From NCBI RefSeq assembly GCF_001936615.1, contig NZ_MLBF01000025.1, positions 17,824-49,823 on the forward strand: a stretch of DNA of 32,000 bases, read 5' to 3'. Origin of the DNA: Desulfosporosinus metallidurans (GTDB lineage Bacteria; Bacillota; Desulfitobacteriia; Desulfitobacteriales; Desulfitobacteriaceae). This document shows positions 1-8,376 of the stretch, in pieces. The translations under genes were made by a program, and so were the position numbers. The notes under the pieces are model-generated. The model was not told where the DNA came from. It did no database searches and was given only the letters and a program-made list of their open reading frames with translations. The first letter of the stretch is position 1. Each line of letters begins with the position of its first letter.

Positions 1-288
1 CCGGTCCCCGAAAATGTTAAACGTCTTGTTATGCATGCAGAATTGAGAAAGGATGGCCATGTCATTCGTTTTTCAGATACATTCCCTAATACACCCTATA
101 ATGCTGGCGATAACATTTCTTTTTCATTAGAATTTGAGACGAAAGAAGAAACTAAAGCAATCTTTGTAGCATTATCTGAAGGTGGTAACATTCAGATGGA
201 ACTGCAAGAAACCTTTTTTAGCCCCTTATTCAGTAAATTTACTGATAAATTCGGTGTAGTATGGATGGTTTCATGTAAGGCAAAATAA
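1..288 (+). CDS. VOC/glyoxalase-superfamily protein, PhnB/YjdN-like; the 5' end lies outside the window
   Basis: The frame is open from nt 1 (PVPENVKRLV precedes the listed Met). The C-terminal pattern ...MELQETFFSPLFSKFTDKFGVVWMV is what I associate with COG2764/PhnB-like proteins. Confidence 0.7.
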   Translation, partial: PVPENVKRLVMHAELRKDGHVIRFSDTFPNTPYNAGDNISFSLEFETKEETKAIFVALSEGGNIQMELQETFFSPLFSKFTDKFGVVWMVSCKAK

Positions 289-302
289 ACCAGTGTTATT
301 GA

Positions 303-2224
303 TCGGGTAGGAGGCTACCCATTATTTGAGTAACCGACCTCCCACACCACCGTGCATACCGTTCGGTACACGGCGGTTCCTCAGTTCACGCTGTAACTTG
401 TCGATAATACTCTGAAAAGAATAGGAACCCAAATCCGCTGATAACATTGTTCGTTAGGGATTTAGATAGTATAGGGCTATTGGATGTTCTCCAGTAGCTC
501 TTTCTTGTGTTTGCGTATTCCCATGCTTTCTGCTCGCGGATGCCCAGTGATTTAAGCATTTTCAGCTTCGTTCTCACTCGTTTCCACTGTTTCCAGTAGA
601 TCATGCGAATACGCCTTCTCATCCATTCATCGGTTCCTGAAAGCAACGTCTTAATGTCAGCAATCTTGAAGTAGTTTACCCACCCCATGATATAGCGTCT
701 AAGTTTTGTTGCCCTAAGCTCATTGCCCATTCCATTACTTCTGGCCGTAAGCTCTTTCACTTTGCACCGCATCTTTGCAACCGATTTTGGATGTATTCTA
801 ACCCTCGTTTTGCCTTTAGCTCGGTAAAACGAGAATCCAAGAAATTTCACCTTTCCTACGTAGTCGACCACTGTTTTCTCCTTATTCACTTTGAGCAATA
901 GCTTCTTCTCAATGAAAGGGAGGATGTTGTTTAGTACACGTTGGGCGCTTCTTCTGCTTTTGCAGAAGATCATTAGGTCGTCCGCATAGCGGACGAACCT
1001 GTGCCCCCTTTTCTCAAGCTCCTTGTCCAGTTCATTTAACATAATGTTACTAAGAATCGGACTAAGGGGGCCACCTTGCGGTACGCCGACTTCTGTTTCT
1101 TCGAAGCTATTTCTGACGATCACGCCTGCTCTCAAGTATTTGTGGATGAGCGATATGACTCGACCATCTTTAATTGTTCTTGCTAGTACTTCGACCAATT
1201 TACTTTGATTCACGGTATCGAAATACTTCTCAAGGTCCATGTCTACAACATATTTATATCCTTCTTCTATGTTGTTCTGACATTTCCTGATGGCATCATG
1301 AGCGCTTCGTCCGGGCCTAAACCCATAGCTATTGTCCGAAAACTGCTTCTCAAAAATCGGCGTGAGCACTTGACCTATTGCCTGTTGTACCACTCGGTCA
1401 ACTACGGTAGGAATTCCTAATTTTCTTGTCTTCTTTCCGTCTTCCTTGGGTATTTCCACCCTTCTGACGGGATTAGGACGGTGTTTACCGTCCAAAATTG
1501 ACTGCCTGAGTTGGCCTCCGTTTTCTTTGAGATATTGCAGAAGTTCATCTACTTTCATCCCATCGACTCCATGAGCCCCTTTGTTGGATTTAACTCTCTT
1601 ATATGCGTAGTTCATATTGTCTCTGTCCACAATTCTCTCAAGCAGTCTATCCTTCGACTTGTCTGCGTCGATGATGTTGTTTTCAGTTATCCTCCCAGAA
1701 CTGTGCACTCCTGCATATCCTTCGTGTTCCGCACTATTCTTCTGCAGTGAGCCTTCCTTATGACTGCTGTCTGATGGAAGTTGGCTGCACTTCACTTCCG
1801 TTTTGGTAACATTCATTTACTACCACCTCCTAAGGTTCAGCCCTTCCCCGATGACGTCGACTTCCTCGGGTACAGTACTATGGCATCTGCTGACTTCTCA
1901 TGGCAAATCTTGTTTCAACCGTGATTCAAACTTATCTCCTCACGTCCATGAGACCTCCCACGGTAAGACGATTCACTTTCATTCCATGTACCCACATCAT
2001 CTACATTGGTATGTCTGTGTAGTTAATTGGACTTCGTTTTGTATAGCAAACTCGTCCCATATCCTATGCCTAATGATGTTCGTGTTCCTTGGGTCGGAAT
2101 TTTGCCTCCAGCTTCCTTCAGATTCCACCTCACGGTGGACACCCTTGCTCTTGGCTAATGGTTGGCAACTACAGGCCCCCATAGTGGACTTTCACCACCT
2201 AGTTAATCGCCATGCGTGGCGCAC
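303..2224 (-). mobile_element. Group II intron, compact and class C-like, carrying an RT/maturase ORF
   Basis: The minus-sense 5' end GTGCGCC is at 2224. About 408 nt of ribozyme precede the ORF. After the ORF come a domain V-like hairpin (ACCGCCGTG..TACC-GAAC-GGTA..CACGGTGGT, nt 346-377) and a short domain VI-like hairpin (GGGTAGCCTCCTACCC, 305-320). The non-ORF RNA totals only about 490 nt. The 3' boundary is approximate (295-310). Confidence 0.8.
386..1816 (-). CDS. Group II intron reverse transcriptase/maturase
   Basis: RT motifs are present: KLGIPTVVDRVVQQA, YGFRPGRSAHDA, YVVDMDLEKYFD, GVPQGGPLSPILSN and FVRYADDLMIF (YADD). A maturase/X-like region RRYIMGWVNYF follows. There is no obvious C-terminal HNH domain. 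The RBS reads TAGGAGGTGGTAGTAA-ATG. Confidence 0.95.
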   Translation of the reverse strand: MNVTKTEVKCSQLPSDSSHKEGSLQKNSAEHEGYAGVHSSGRITENNIIDADKSKDRLLERIVDRDNMNYAYKRVKSNKGAHGVDGMKVDELLQYLKENGGQLRQSILDGKHRPNPVRRVEIPKEDGKKTRKLGIPTVVDRVVQQAIGQVLTPIFEKQFSDNSYGFRPGRSAHDAIRKCQNNIEEGYKYVVDMDLEKYFDTVNQSKLVEVLARTIKDGRVISLIHKYLRAGVIVRNSFEETEVGVPQGGPLSPILSNIMLNELDKELEKRGHRFVRYADDLMIFCKSRRSAQRVLNNILPFIEKKLLLKVNKEKTVVDYVGKVKFLGFSFYRAKGKTRVRIHPKSVAKMRCKVKELTARSNGMGNELRATKLRRYIMGWVNYFKIADIKTLLSGTDEWMRRRIRMIYWKQWKRVRTKLKMLKSLGIREQKAWEYANTRKSYWRTSNSPILSKSLTNNVISGFGFLFFSEYYRQVTA

Positions 2225-2231
2225 TATGACT

Positions 2232-2256
2232 AGGCGCCCCTCAAGAAGGGGCGCCT
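2232..2256. terminator. Perfect 10-bp GC-rich hairpin (AGGCGCCCCT-caaga-AGGGGCGCCT) between convergent genes, 7 nt upstream of the intron 5' end in minus sense
   Basis: Arms 2232-2241 and 2247-2256 are exact reverse complements. In minus sense the T-run (TTTATTTT, ~281-290) lies on the other side of the intron, as expected if the intron inserted between stem and T-run. Confidence 0.5.
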
Positions 2257-2487
2257 ACTTGGTGTTGAACCAGTTAAACAACATGTCATTGGACATGAAT
2301 GCCAGCCGCGCAAGCATCAATAGATAACCGGATGCTAAAGCACTGCCCTATCTTTTCTCTGAGTTTGAAAAAGGCGGGCAAACTGAATTAAAGGTGCAGA
2401 TTATGGAGAGATCATCTACAAAGGATGCGGCGCAAAATAGTTTAGAATGGATGCAACAAAACTATCCAAAAGGATCGCTGATATTAT

Positions 2488-3276
2488 CTAATCATTCCAT
2501 TTTTTTAGATGAGAACTAATAAATTCGATAATGAATTCATTTTCCTCTTTTCCCGAACCATCAACGGATAATGGTTCACCAAAGGCCATCTGAATTGGTT
2601 TACTGCGATTGATTGGTCCTAAATCCTTCAAGTATTTGTCATTTCCCCAAAAATCGGTCTTTATTGCAACAGGGATAACCTGAACCTTAGCGTTTCTTGC
2701 CAACTTTACTCCTAAAGAGTTGAATTCCTTCGGTATAAATTCAACTGTCCTTGTACTTTGAGGAAATATAATAATAGATGTTCCATCTGATAATAATTTA
2801 TGTCCCATTTTCATAACTTTTTGAAAATCTTCTCTAGAATTTGATCTACTTACAACAATCGGATTTCGAGAACGCATTATCGGACCAAAGAACGGATGTT
2901 CAACAAGACTATCTTTAACAACAAAGGTTACCTTCATGAGTGGAGCGATGATACAAGGAAATACCATGGTCTCAAGGGTACTCATATGGTTACTAACAAA
3001 TACTACAGGTCCTTGGCACTTATGTAAATTCTCAAGCCCCGTAATGTGAAACCTCCCCCCGCATCCCTCAATTAACTTGAAGACATTATACGAAGATAAT
3101 GCCCAAGCCTCCGCTTCATATTGACCCTTCAGGGCTGCACTACGAGATTTAAGTACGATAGAACAGTATTTACTCATAAAATATAAACGCGTATTGAACA
3201 CTAATCTATCTAAAAACAAACGGGGGGTATTTTCCTTAGTATGATATGAGTCTGTTGTAAAAAAGCCCTTCTTCAA
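2488..3276 (-). CDS. Lysophospholipid (1-acyl-sn-glycerol-3-phosphate) acyltransferase family protein
   Basis: An HX4D/E-type block VSNHMSTLET and an FPEGTR-like block IIFPQSTRT are in the expected order and spacing for PlsC-family enzymes. Confidence 0.75.
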   Translation of the reverse strand: MKKGFFTTDSYHTKENTPRLFLDRLVFNTRLYFMSKYCSIVLKSRSAALKGQYEAEAWALSSYNVFKLIEGCGGRFHITGLENLHKCQGPVVFVSNHMSTLETMVFPCIIAPLMKVTFVVKDSLVEHPFFGPIMRSRNPIVVSRSNSREDFQKVMKMGHKLLSDGTSIIIFPQSTRTVEFIPKEFNSLGVKLARNAKVQVIPVAIKTDFWGNDKYLKDLGPINRSKPIQMAFGEPLSVDGSGKEENEFIIEFISSHLKKWND

Positions 3277-3578
3277 AGGTCATTTCCTCCCTGCCTATTT
3301 AAAATATCCCGATTTAATCTTAGATCAATTATGGATAATTCTTTAGTTCGGCAAATTTATAGGATATCCTCCCCTCGAGACCAACATATTGCATCACTGC
3401 TATACTCATTAAGTTACAAGTAAAATTCCCATTTTATAAAAAATTTGGCGTTTTTTATTAAGATCTCTGAAATACTGAGCCAAAGAACGCCCTTAAACTC
3501 TAAGATATCCTTAGACATACACCAAAATTTGTGACAATATTAATTAACATAGAAGGTAGAGGAAAGGAGTTCTAACCC

Positions 3579-4244
3579 GTGGCAGTTCAAGCTGATTGGA
3601 AAAGACTACTTGATGACGAAATAAAAAAAGACTATTATATCAAATTACTAGAATGGGTCAAAAATGAATACAGACACAAACACATCTTCCCCAAAAGGGA
3701 AGATGTGTTTAACGCTCTAGTATTTACCTCCTACGAAAATACTAAGACCGTCATTTTAGGGCAAGATCCATATCCTAATATCGGACAAGGAATGGGGCTT
3801 AGTTTTTCAGTAAATGTTGGAGTACCCTTGCCAAAATCCCTCCAAAATATATTTAAAGAGCTCCAATCCGACCTAGGCTGTAAGATACCTAAACATGGTT
3901 CTCTTCGAAAATGGGCCGAACAAGGAGTTTTACTCCTCAATACGTCACTCACCGTTGAAGAAAGGAAGCCCAATTCTCATCAAAACAAGGGTTGGGAGAT
4001 ATTTACGGATAAGATTATTTCTTTAGTTAACGAGAAAACCGACCCCGTGGTCTTTATATTATGGGGTAATAATGCTCGTTCCAAGAAGAGACTCATTACC
4101 AATCCCCATCATTTGATCATCGAATCCGCTCACCCAAGTCCCTTATCCGCAAGTAGAGGGTTCTTTGGCAGTCAACCGTTTTCGCGAACCAATGCTTTCT
4201 TGATTTCCAAGAATAGGAAGCCGATTGACTGGCAAATCGAATAA
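3579..4244 (+). CDS. ung: Uracil-DNA glycosylase, family 1
   Basis: GQDPYP water-activating motif, LLLNTSLTV, and the HPSPLSA Leu-loop motif. GTG start 9 nt after AAGGAG. Confidence 0.95.
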   Translation: MAVQADWKRLLDDEIKKDYYIKLLEWVKNEYRHKHIFPKREDVFNALVFTSYENTKTVILGQDPYPNIGQGMGLSFSVNVGVPLPKSLQNIFKELQSDLGCKIPKHGSLRKWAEQGVLLLNTSLTVEERKPNSHQNKGWEIFTDKIISLVNEKTDPVVFILWGNNARSKKRLITNPHHLIIESAHPSPLSASRGFFGSQPFSRTNAFLISKNRKPIDWQIE

Positions 4245-4251
4245 GAACTTG

Positions 4252-4815
4252 TTAGATTTTCTTTAACCTTTGAGTCTCATCCACCAAAGCCTGCAATAGT
4301 TGGGTAATTGCATTACGACTATAGTCATCCGTCAACTTCCCATCTTGGTCAAACTTCGTGCTTGCATTCATTATGAAGACCTCGGGTTTGTTAAGTGGCA
4401 AGAGATTGAGCACAACACATACCTGGCGCAAGTGATACTGTGCTCGCGCTCCTCCAAACATTCCGATAGACGCACTCATGATCGCTAAGGGCTTGCCGTT
4501 CAATGGTTTTTCAGTACCCCGAGAAGCCCAATCCAAGGCATTTTTCAATACTGGAGGTATGGAATAATTGTACTCAGGAGTCGCTATTAGTATCGCATCG
4601 GCCGAGGCAATCTTCTCTTTGAAATCTGCTACCACTTGAGGAATCCCTTCGGCCTCCAAATCCTCATTAAAAAATGGAATAAGGGACAGATCCACAATAT
4701 CAAGGCTTGCACCCTCAGGCAACAATTCACTCGCTGCGCGCAGAGCAGCCTTATTGTATGAATTATGGCGCAGGCTTCCGGTAAAACCAAGAATCTTAAT
4801 ATTTGTACCCATCAA
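4252..4815 (-). CDS. NAD(P)H-dependent FMN reductase family oxidoreductase
   Basis: ILGFTGSLRHNSYN and TPEYNYSIPPVLKNALDW are typical of the PF03358-type FMN reductase family. Convergent with ung, with a 7-nt gap. Confidence 0.85.
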   Translation of the reverse strand: MMGTNIKILGFTGSLRHNSYNKAALRAASELLPEGASLDIVDLSLIPFFNEDLEAEGIPQVVADFKEKIASADAILIATPEYNYSIPPVLKNALDWASRGTEKPLNGKPLAIMSASIGMFGGARAQYHLRQVCVVLNLLPLNKPEVFIMNASTKFDQDGKLTDDYSRNAITQLLQALVDETQRLKKI

Positions 4816-4876
4816 AAATCACCCTTTCGCAAACTACTTTACAACATTCTTGCAATAACTTACCTCTTTTACCCGC

Positions 4877-5279
4877 TTATATGAATAATCCGGAGCGAAT
4901 TTAGCCACTGCTCCGGATGGTGAGAGCCACAGCTCCGGAATTTCAGAGCCACGCTTCCGGATAGAGAGCCACTCTGGGGTCGACTTGACATGGGACCCTA
5001 CGTCGGATGCTTCAATGGGTCGAGGGCTGTGGCTCATAAGGATGTATTCCTCTGGGGTAAGCCCCATCCCTTGATCTAGGGTAGCATCCGCCGCACCCAT
5101 GTAAAGTCTTACTATGGGGTCAACGGAGGTTGACTGTCTGTTACTGAGACGGTCTTGTCCATGGGTGTAAACGAGTAGGTGACTCAAGCCTCCGGAGGGA
5201 TGGCTCACTTTTACCGGAGAGGTGGCTCACCCACCTCCGGAACGCTGGCTCTGTCGAACCGTAATATTCACTTATAATA
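4877..5279. repeat. Composite inverted repeat (MITE-like), each ~100-nt arm built from four 22-23-nt units TCCGGA-N6-8-GAGCCAC
   Basis: The left arm has TCCGGA at 4889, 4912, 4934 and 4956, each followed by (G)AGCCAC. The right arm (5179-5279) is the reverse complement, with TCCGGA 5191, ACCGGA 5213, TCCGGA 5236 and GTGACTC/TGGCTC/GTGGCTC. The arms align out to TTATA(A)GTGAATA termini. Confidence 0.75.
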
Positions 5280-5323
5280 CTCCTCATTAGCTCCAAACAC
5301 CAAGCCATAATTCCGCATACTAT

Positions 5324-5446
5324 TGTAACGAAATTAAGTTGTTAACTCTCATCTGCTAATCCTGCGGTTTGCAATTTTTACAAAAATTTATAAAGTTGTG
5401 AACTGGTTTTTTCTATTAAAAATTCCATAGAAAAAAGTTGTGAACT
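5324..5446 (+). mobile_element. Putative Tn7-like transposon end (left/distal end): TGT terminus plus three TnsB-site-like repeats
   Basis: TGTAACG at 5324. AGTTGTTAACT at 5337-5347, AGTTGTGAACTGG at 5394-5406 and AGTTGTGAACT at 5436-5446, all in the same orientation. The core resembles the Tn7 TnsB sites as I recall them (..ATAGTTGGGAACTGG, ..ATAGTTGTAAACTGA). Confidence 0.55.
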
Positions 5447-5684
5447 TTATTAGCTTGTGCAGTTTTTGAAAAATCATTTTCTGCTTCACCTTTATTTTGC
5501 AGTGCATGTTTTATCGCTTTCTATGGAAAGTGAGTTGAAAATTATTTTACTCATTAACACCAGAACATTATGGTTTAACAGAGACACCGGTAATGGTTGA
5601 GCCATCTCCAGTGAAAAATGAGACACCCTTACGGAGGGAGAGGTACAGAAGTTAAATTTGGTATTATATGGATAAATGCGAAGT

Positions 5685-6836
5685 TCAAAGAGTACTAATA
5701 TCTTTAACTTCCTGAAACAGCATTTCTTCAATAGCGCTTTGTATTTTGTTCTTAATAGTTCGAGCGTTTTCGCCAGTTGCTTGAATAACTAGACTCACTC
5801 TTTTATACACATCAATCGCATTAATCTTCTCATTACACTCTTTAACATGTGATTCTATTTCACTCATAGTAATATCGTAGATGGTTTTTTCAGAGAAATC
5901 TTTAAAATGTATGAATTTATCAATTCGATAAAAAATGGGAAGTCCTAGACGATCTTTCATTTCATTCATATTGTTATAATTCGAGGTCAAAACAATTAAT
6001 AAGCCAAATATATCCAATTCATAAGTTGCATCACTAAAAATCGCATTATCAAATAACGTATAAAAGGCTGAGTAAAAGTATTCGGGACATTTATCAAGTT
6101 CGTCAAGAAAAATAAGATTAGATTCTCTTTCCAAAAGATCAAATCCTAGACTTCTTCGGTTTGGACGATCTCCAAAAAAGTAATGGGAATATGCATCGTT
6201 TTTGAACATGGATAAATGTTTTTCAACAAATTTACCATTAAAGAATTTATCTGCAATTTCACGTACTAATTCTGACTTACCTAAACTACTTCCACCATAA
6301 AGCATAATAACATAAGGTTTCTTCCGGTTTGCAGTTGTTAGATACCACATACTTTTACTAATTTCAACTATAGCTTCGTCTTGTCCAAAAATGTTATGAG
6401 CGATTCTTTTCATGTTGCCCGAGAAGTTTTCGGGCTGTCGATTTATGCTATATTCTTCTTTATCGCGAGACAAATGAATTAATCCACGATAATGTAAACC
6501 TTCAAGATACGCTTCTAAAATTATTGGCGGATTATGAATATAAATGATAGCGTCATCTGTTGTTAATTCTTCAATAAGAGAACCTAATCTATCATGGGCT
6601 GATTCTACAATTCCATGATAATTATCATTCTTCAAAATCATTATAGAAGCTTTATCTTCGTCTAAAAAAGGATAACCTCTTTGCTTCCGTTCATCAGATA
6701 ATCTAACTAGCTCCAAAAAAATTTTAATAACATTCTCTTCATATTCTTCATCTTGTTTTTCTTCAAGCTTTTTGACTTGAGCATCGAAAAAAGCCTTCGA
6801 GCCGATAACTATATGGTATGTTCTTTTATCAACCAT
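5685..6836 (-). CDS. ClpB-like AAA+ (AAA_2-type) ATPase, DolB-like (Dodola)
   Basis: Walker A LYGGSSLGKSELVREIA, Walker B LIFLDELDKC and sensor LLIVLTSNY follow the layout of the ClpB D2 module. I prefer the ATG at 6836 (GGAGG 5 nt upstream) over the listed 6857. It overlaps the upstream gene by 8 nt. Confidence 0.8.
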   Translation of the reverse strand: MVDKRTYHIVIGSKAFFDAQVKKLEEKQDEEYEENVIKIFLELVRLSDERKQRGYPFLDEDKASIMILKNDNYHGIVESAHDRLGSLIEELTTDDAIIYIHNPPIILEAYLEGLHYRGLIHLSRDKEEYSINRQPENFSGNMKRIAHNIFGQDEAIVEISKSMWYLTTANRKKPYVIMLYGGSSLGKSELVREIADKFFNGKFVEKHLSMFKNDAYSHYFFGDRPNRRSLGFDLLERESNLIFLDELDKCPEYFYSAFYTLFDNAIFSDATYELDIFGLLIVLTSNYNNMNEMKDRLGLPIFYRIDKFIHFKDFSEKTIYDITMSEIESHVKECNEKINAIDVYKRVSLVIQATGENARTIKNKIQSAIEEMLFQEVKDISTL

Positions 6837-7623
6837 TTGTGCCTCCTGCCGTAACACAAGCGTAAACTACATCGTATAATTGTATTTTTGGGGGCCTGTT
6901 ATCGTCAGATGTCATTACGCTTCTTGCAGTATCTTCGGCATTAGATTGTCTTGTTGGATACGCTTCAGCAAGTGATTTGTGTTGATTTACACCTGAAAGT
7001 AGGGTTTCCATTTTAAATAGTTGCTTCATGAAGTCAAACTTTTCTTTATCAAACTCTCCGACGGAAATACAATATAATGTCATTTTGGTTGCTAATAAAT
7101 CATTGCGCTTATAGTTGCTGACAAACGCTGAATTATTGAATCGCACATAACGGTGAGAATCTACTTTATATGTATCATAACCGTCGTAACCATCCATTAC
7201 AGCCTTAAACTCACTTGTGTCAACACCTTCAACGCCGCCCTTTACAATACGCAAGTAGCCACCAGCTACCCTAAAAAAAGTCGAAGAATTTTCAATGTCA
7301 TATATTAGGGTATCTTTAATTTCTGTAAGGTGCGTTTTCAATTCTTCAAACTCGGAAATTTCTGTTGAAGTAATAGTTGTTGAACTATCTCTCTTAATCA
7401 TAAACGATGCGTTTATTTTTCCAGAAAATAAAAAAGAAAGCCTGTCCCAAAAAGGCACACTCAAATTGACCTTTGCTTCAACTCCAACTTCTATAGCAAC
7501 TCCAGTTGAGGAAACAAAATCTGTTTGTGTTGTTTTTGACCCCTTGTTTTGTTCTTGCAAAATATTCCTTATTGTCTCTTTATCAAAATAAATTGTTTTA
7601 TTAATACTTTTTATATTGCTCAA
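6829..7623 (-). CDS. Hypothetical beta-rich protein, candidate DolA (DUF6414-like) partner of the ClpB-like ATPase
   Basis: 264-aa ORF with a TTG start 8 nt after GGAGGG, translationally coupled to the ATPase. The family call rests on gene pairing and size only, not on a motif I can name. Confidence 0.6.
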   Translation of the reverse strand: MSNIKSINKTIYFDKETIRNILQEQNKGSKTTQTDFVSSTGVAIEVGVEAKVNLSVPFWDRLSFLFSGKINASFMIKRDSSTTITSTEISEFEELKTHLTEIKDTLIYDIENSSTFFRVAGGYLRIVKGGVEGVDTSEFKAVMDGYDGYDTYKVDSHRYVRFNNSAFVSNYKRNDLLATKMTLYCISVGEFDKEKFDFMKQLFKMETLLSGVNQHKSLAEAYPTRQSNAEDTARSVMTSDDNRPPKIQLYDVVYACVTAGGTNG

Positions 7624-7854
7624 TAAAATAACCCTCCCTGGTTTAAAAACAATTCAACACGGTTTCTAATTATCCAAAATCATCATAACTTCTTTAACAC
7701 TTCCCATTATTAGGCTATTGTGAGTTACTCAACTTCGCAGACAAAATGGCTACAACCCAAATAGAGATTAGCGCAACTCGGTTTGGCAATCAGTTACGTT
7801 TTGTAAACCAAAACTGAAGATATGAAACAACTACAATTCTTTAGTGTCGAAATG

Positions 7855-7961
7855 CTTTCAACGTTCCAGATAATCTTACCTCTACATCTTCCACATTCTT
7901 CCTCGTTTTCCTCCTAAGATCGTGTAAGTATTCCAAGAAAAAACAAAAAGGGCAAGTCGTC
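7855..7961. repeat. Left copy of a diverged direct repeat (partner at 27657-27731)
   Basis: TTTCCTCCTAAGATC (7907-7921) is identical to 27677-27691. The flanking CTTTCAAC, TCTACAT and TCCAAGA.AAAACAAAAAGG segments are shared, with indels. Confidence 0.7.
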
Positions 7962-7979
7962 TACAAATGACGACTGTCC
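7937..7979 (-). terminator. Rho-independent terminator (minus sense GGACAGTCGTC-ATTTGTA-GACGACTTGCC + CTTTTTGTTTTTT)
   Basis: A 7-bp perfect stem (7955-7961 with 7969-7975) is extended by two GC pairs and followed by a T-rich run. Confidence 0.7.
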
Positions 7980-8376
7980 TTTCTCATCAAAAACCTCTTC
8001 AATTACCAGTTACCCATCATATACTCCTATGACCCAGTTTGCTATGTTTTACCCCAGCGCGTGCTCGATCCTCGAAGCCAGTGACCCCGACGGTAGTATG
8101 TAATAGTTATATGGATGCGAAGCTCAATATTGCTTGCATATCCGCTGCACAGGATTTTAAGATTGTTAAAAATTTTTCAAACAGGTCAATCCCACCACTT
8201 TAATGTGAGAAGATAATTGAGGTCATGTCGTACAGGACGCTAAAAGTTGTGTTTTTGACGGTGACAAGAGCGGCAGTGTGATTGAACCACCGACCCGAAT
8301 AAGAGAGCCGTTAAAATCTTTGGTTCATGGTATTGATATACTTTATATTTATTCGATTCTGTATCGACAGACATAT

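Noticed and set aside
1803-2327. 174-aa plus-strand ORF
   Set aside because: It lies antisense to the 5' ribozyme part of the group II intron and runs across the intron boundary and hairpin. The peptide is low-complexity (S/H/C/W-rich) and there is no RBS. It is an artefact of an open frame.
2328-2519. Open plus-strand frame PDAKALPYLFSEFEKGGQTELKVQIMERSS...FLDEN, considered as the 3' remnant of a gene disrupted by the intron
   Set aside because: It has no start codon apart from an internal Met giving 38 aa, follows directly on a stop, overlaps the acyltransferase 3' end, and shows no recognisable motif. I cannot support it.
4889-4975. Regularly spaced 22-23-nt repeats considered as a CRISPR array
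   Set aside because: The units are contiguous with no spacers, are far shorter than CRISPR repeat-spacer periods, are mirrored by an inverted copy 200 nt away, and no cas genes are present.
4834-5208. 124-aa minus-strand ORF annotated by the ORF track
   Set aside because: It is read straight through both arms of the 22-nt-unit inverted repeat. It has no RBS, and the nucleotide-level repeat symmetry explains the open frame better than coding does.
5336-5446. AGTT-N3-AACT repeats considered as palindromic operator sites or DnaA boxes
   Set aside because: They do not match the DnaA box consensus. The extended similarity to Tn7 end repeats, the same-orientation spacing and the upstream TGT fit a transposon end better than an operator.
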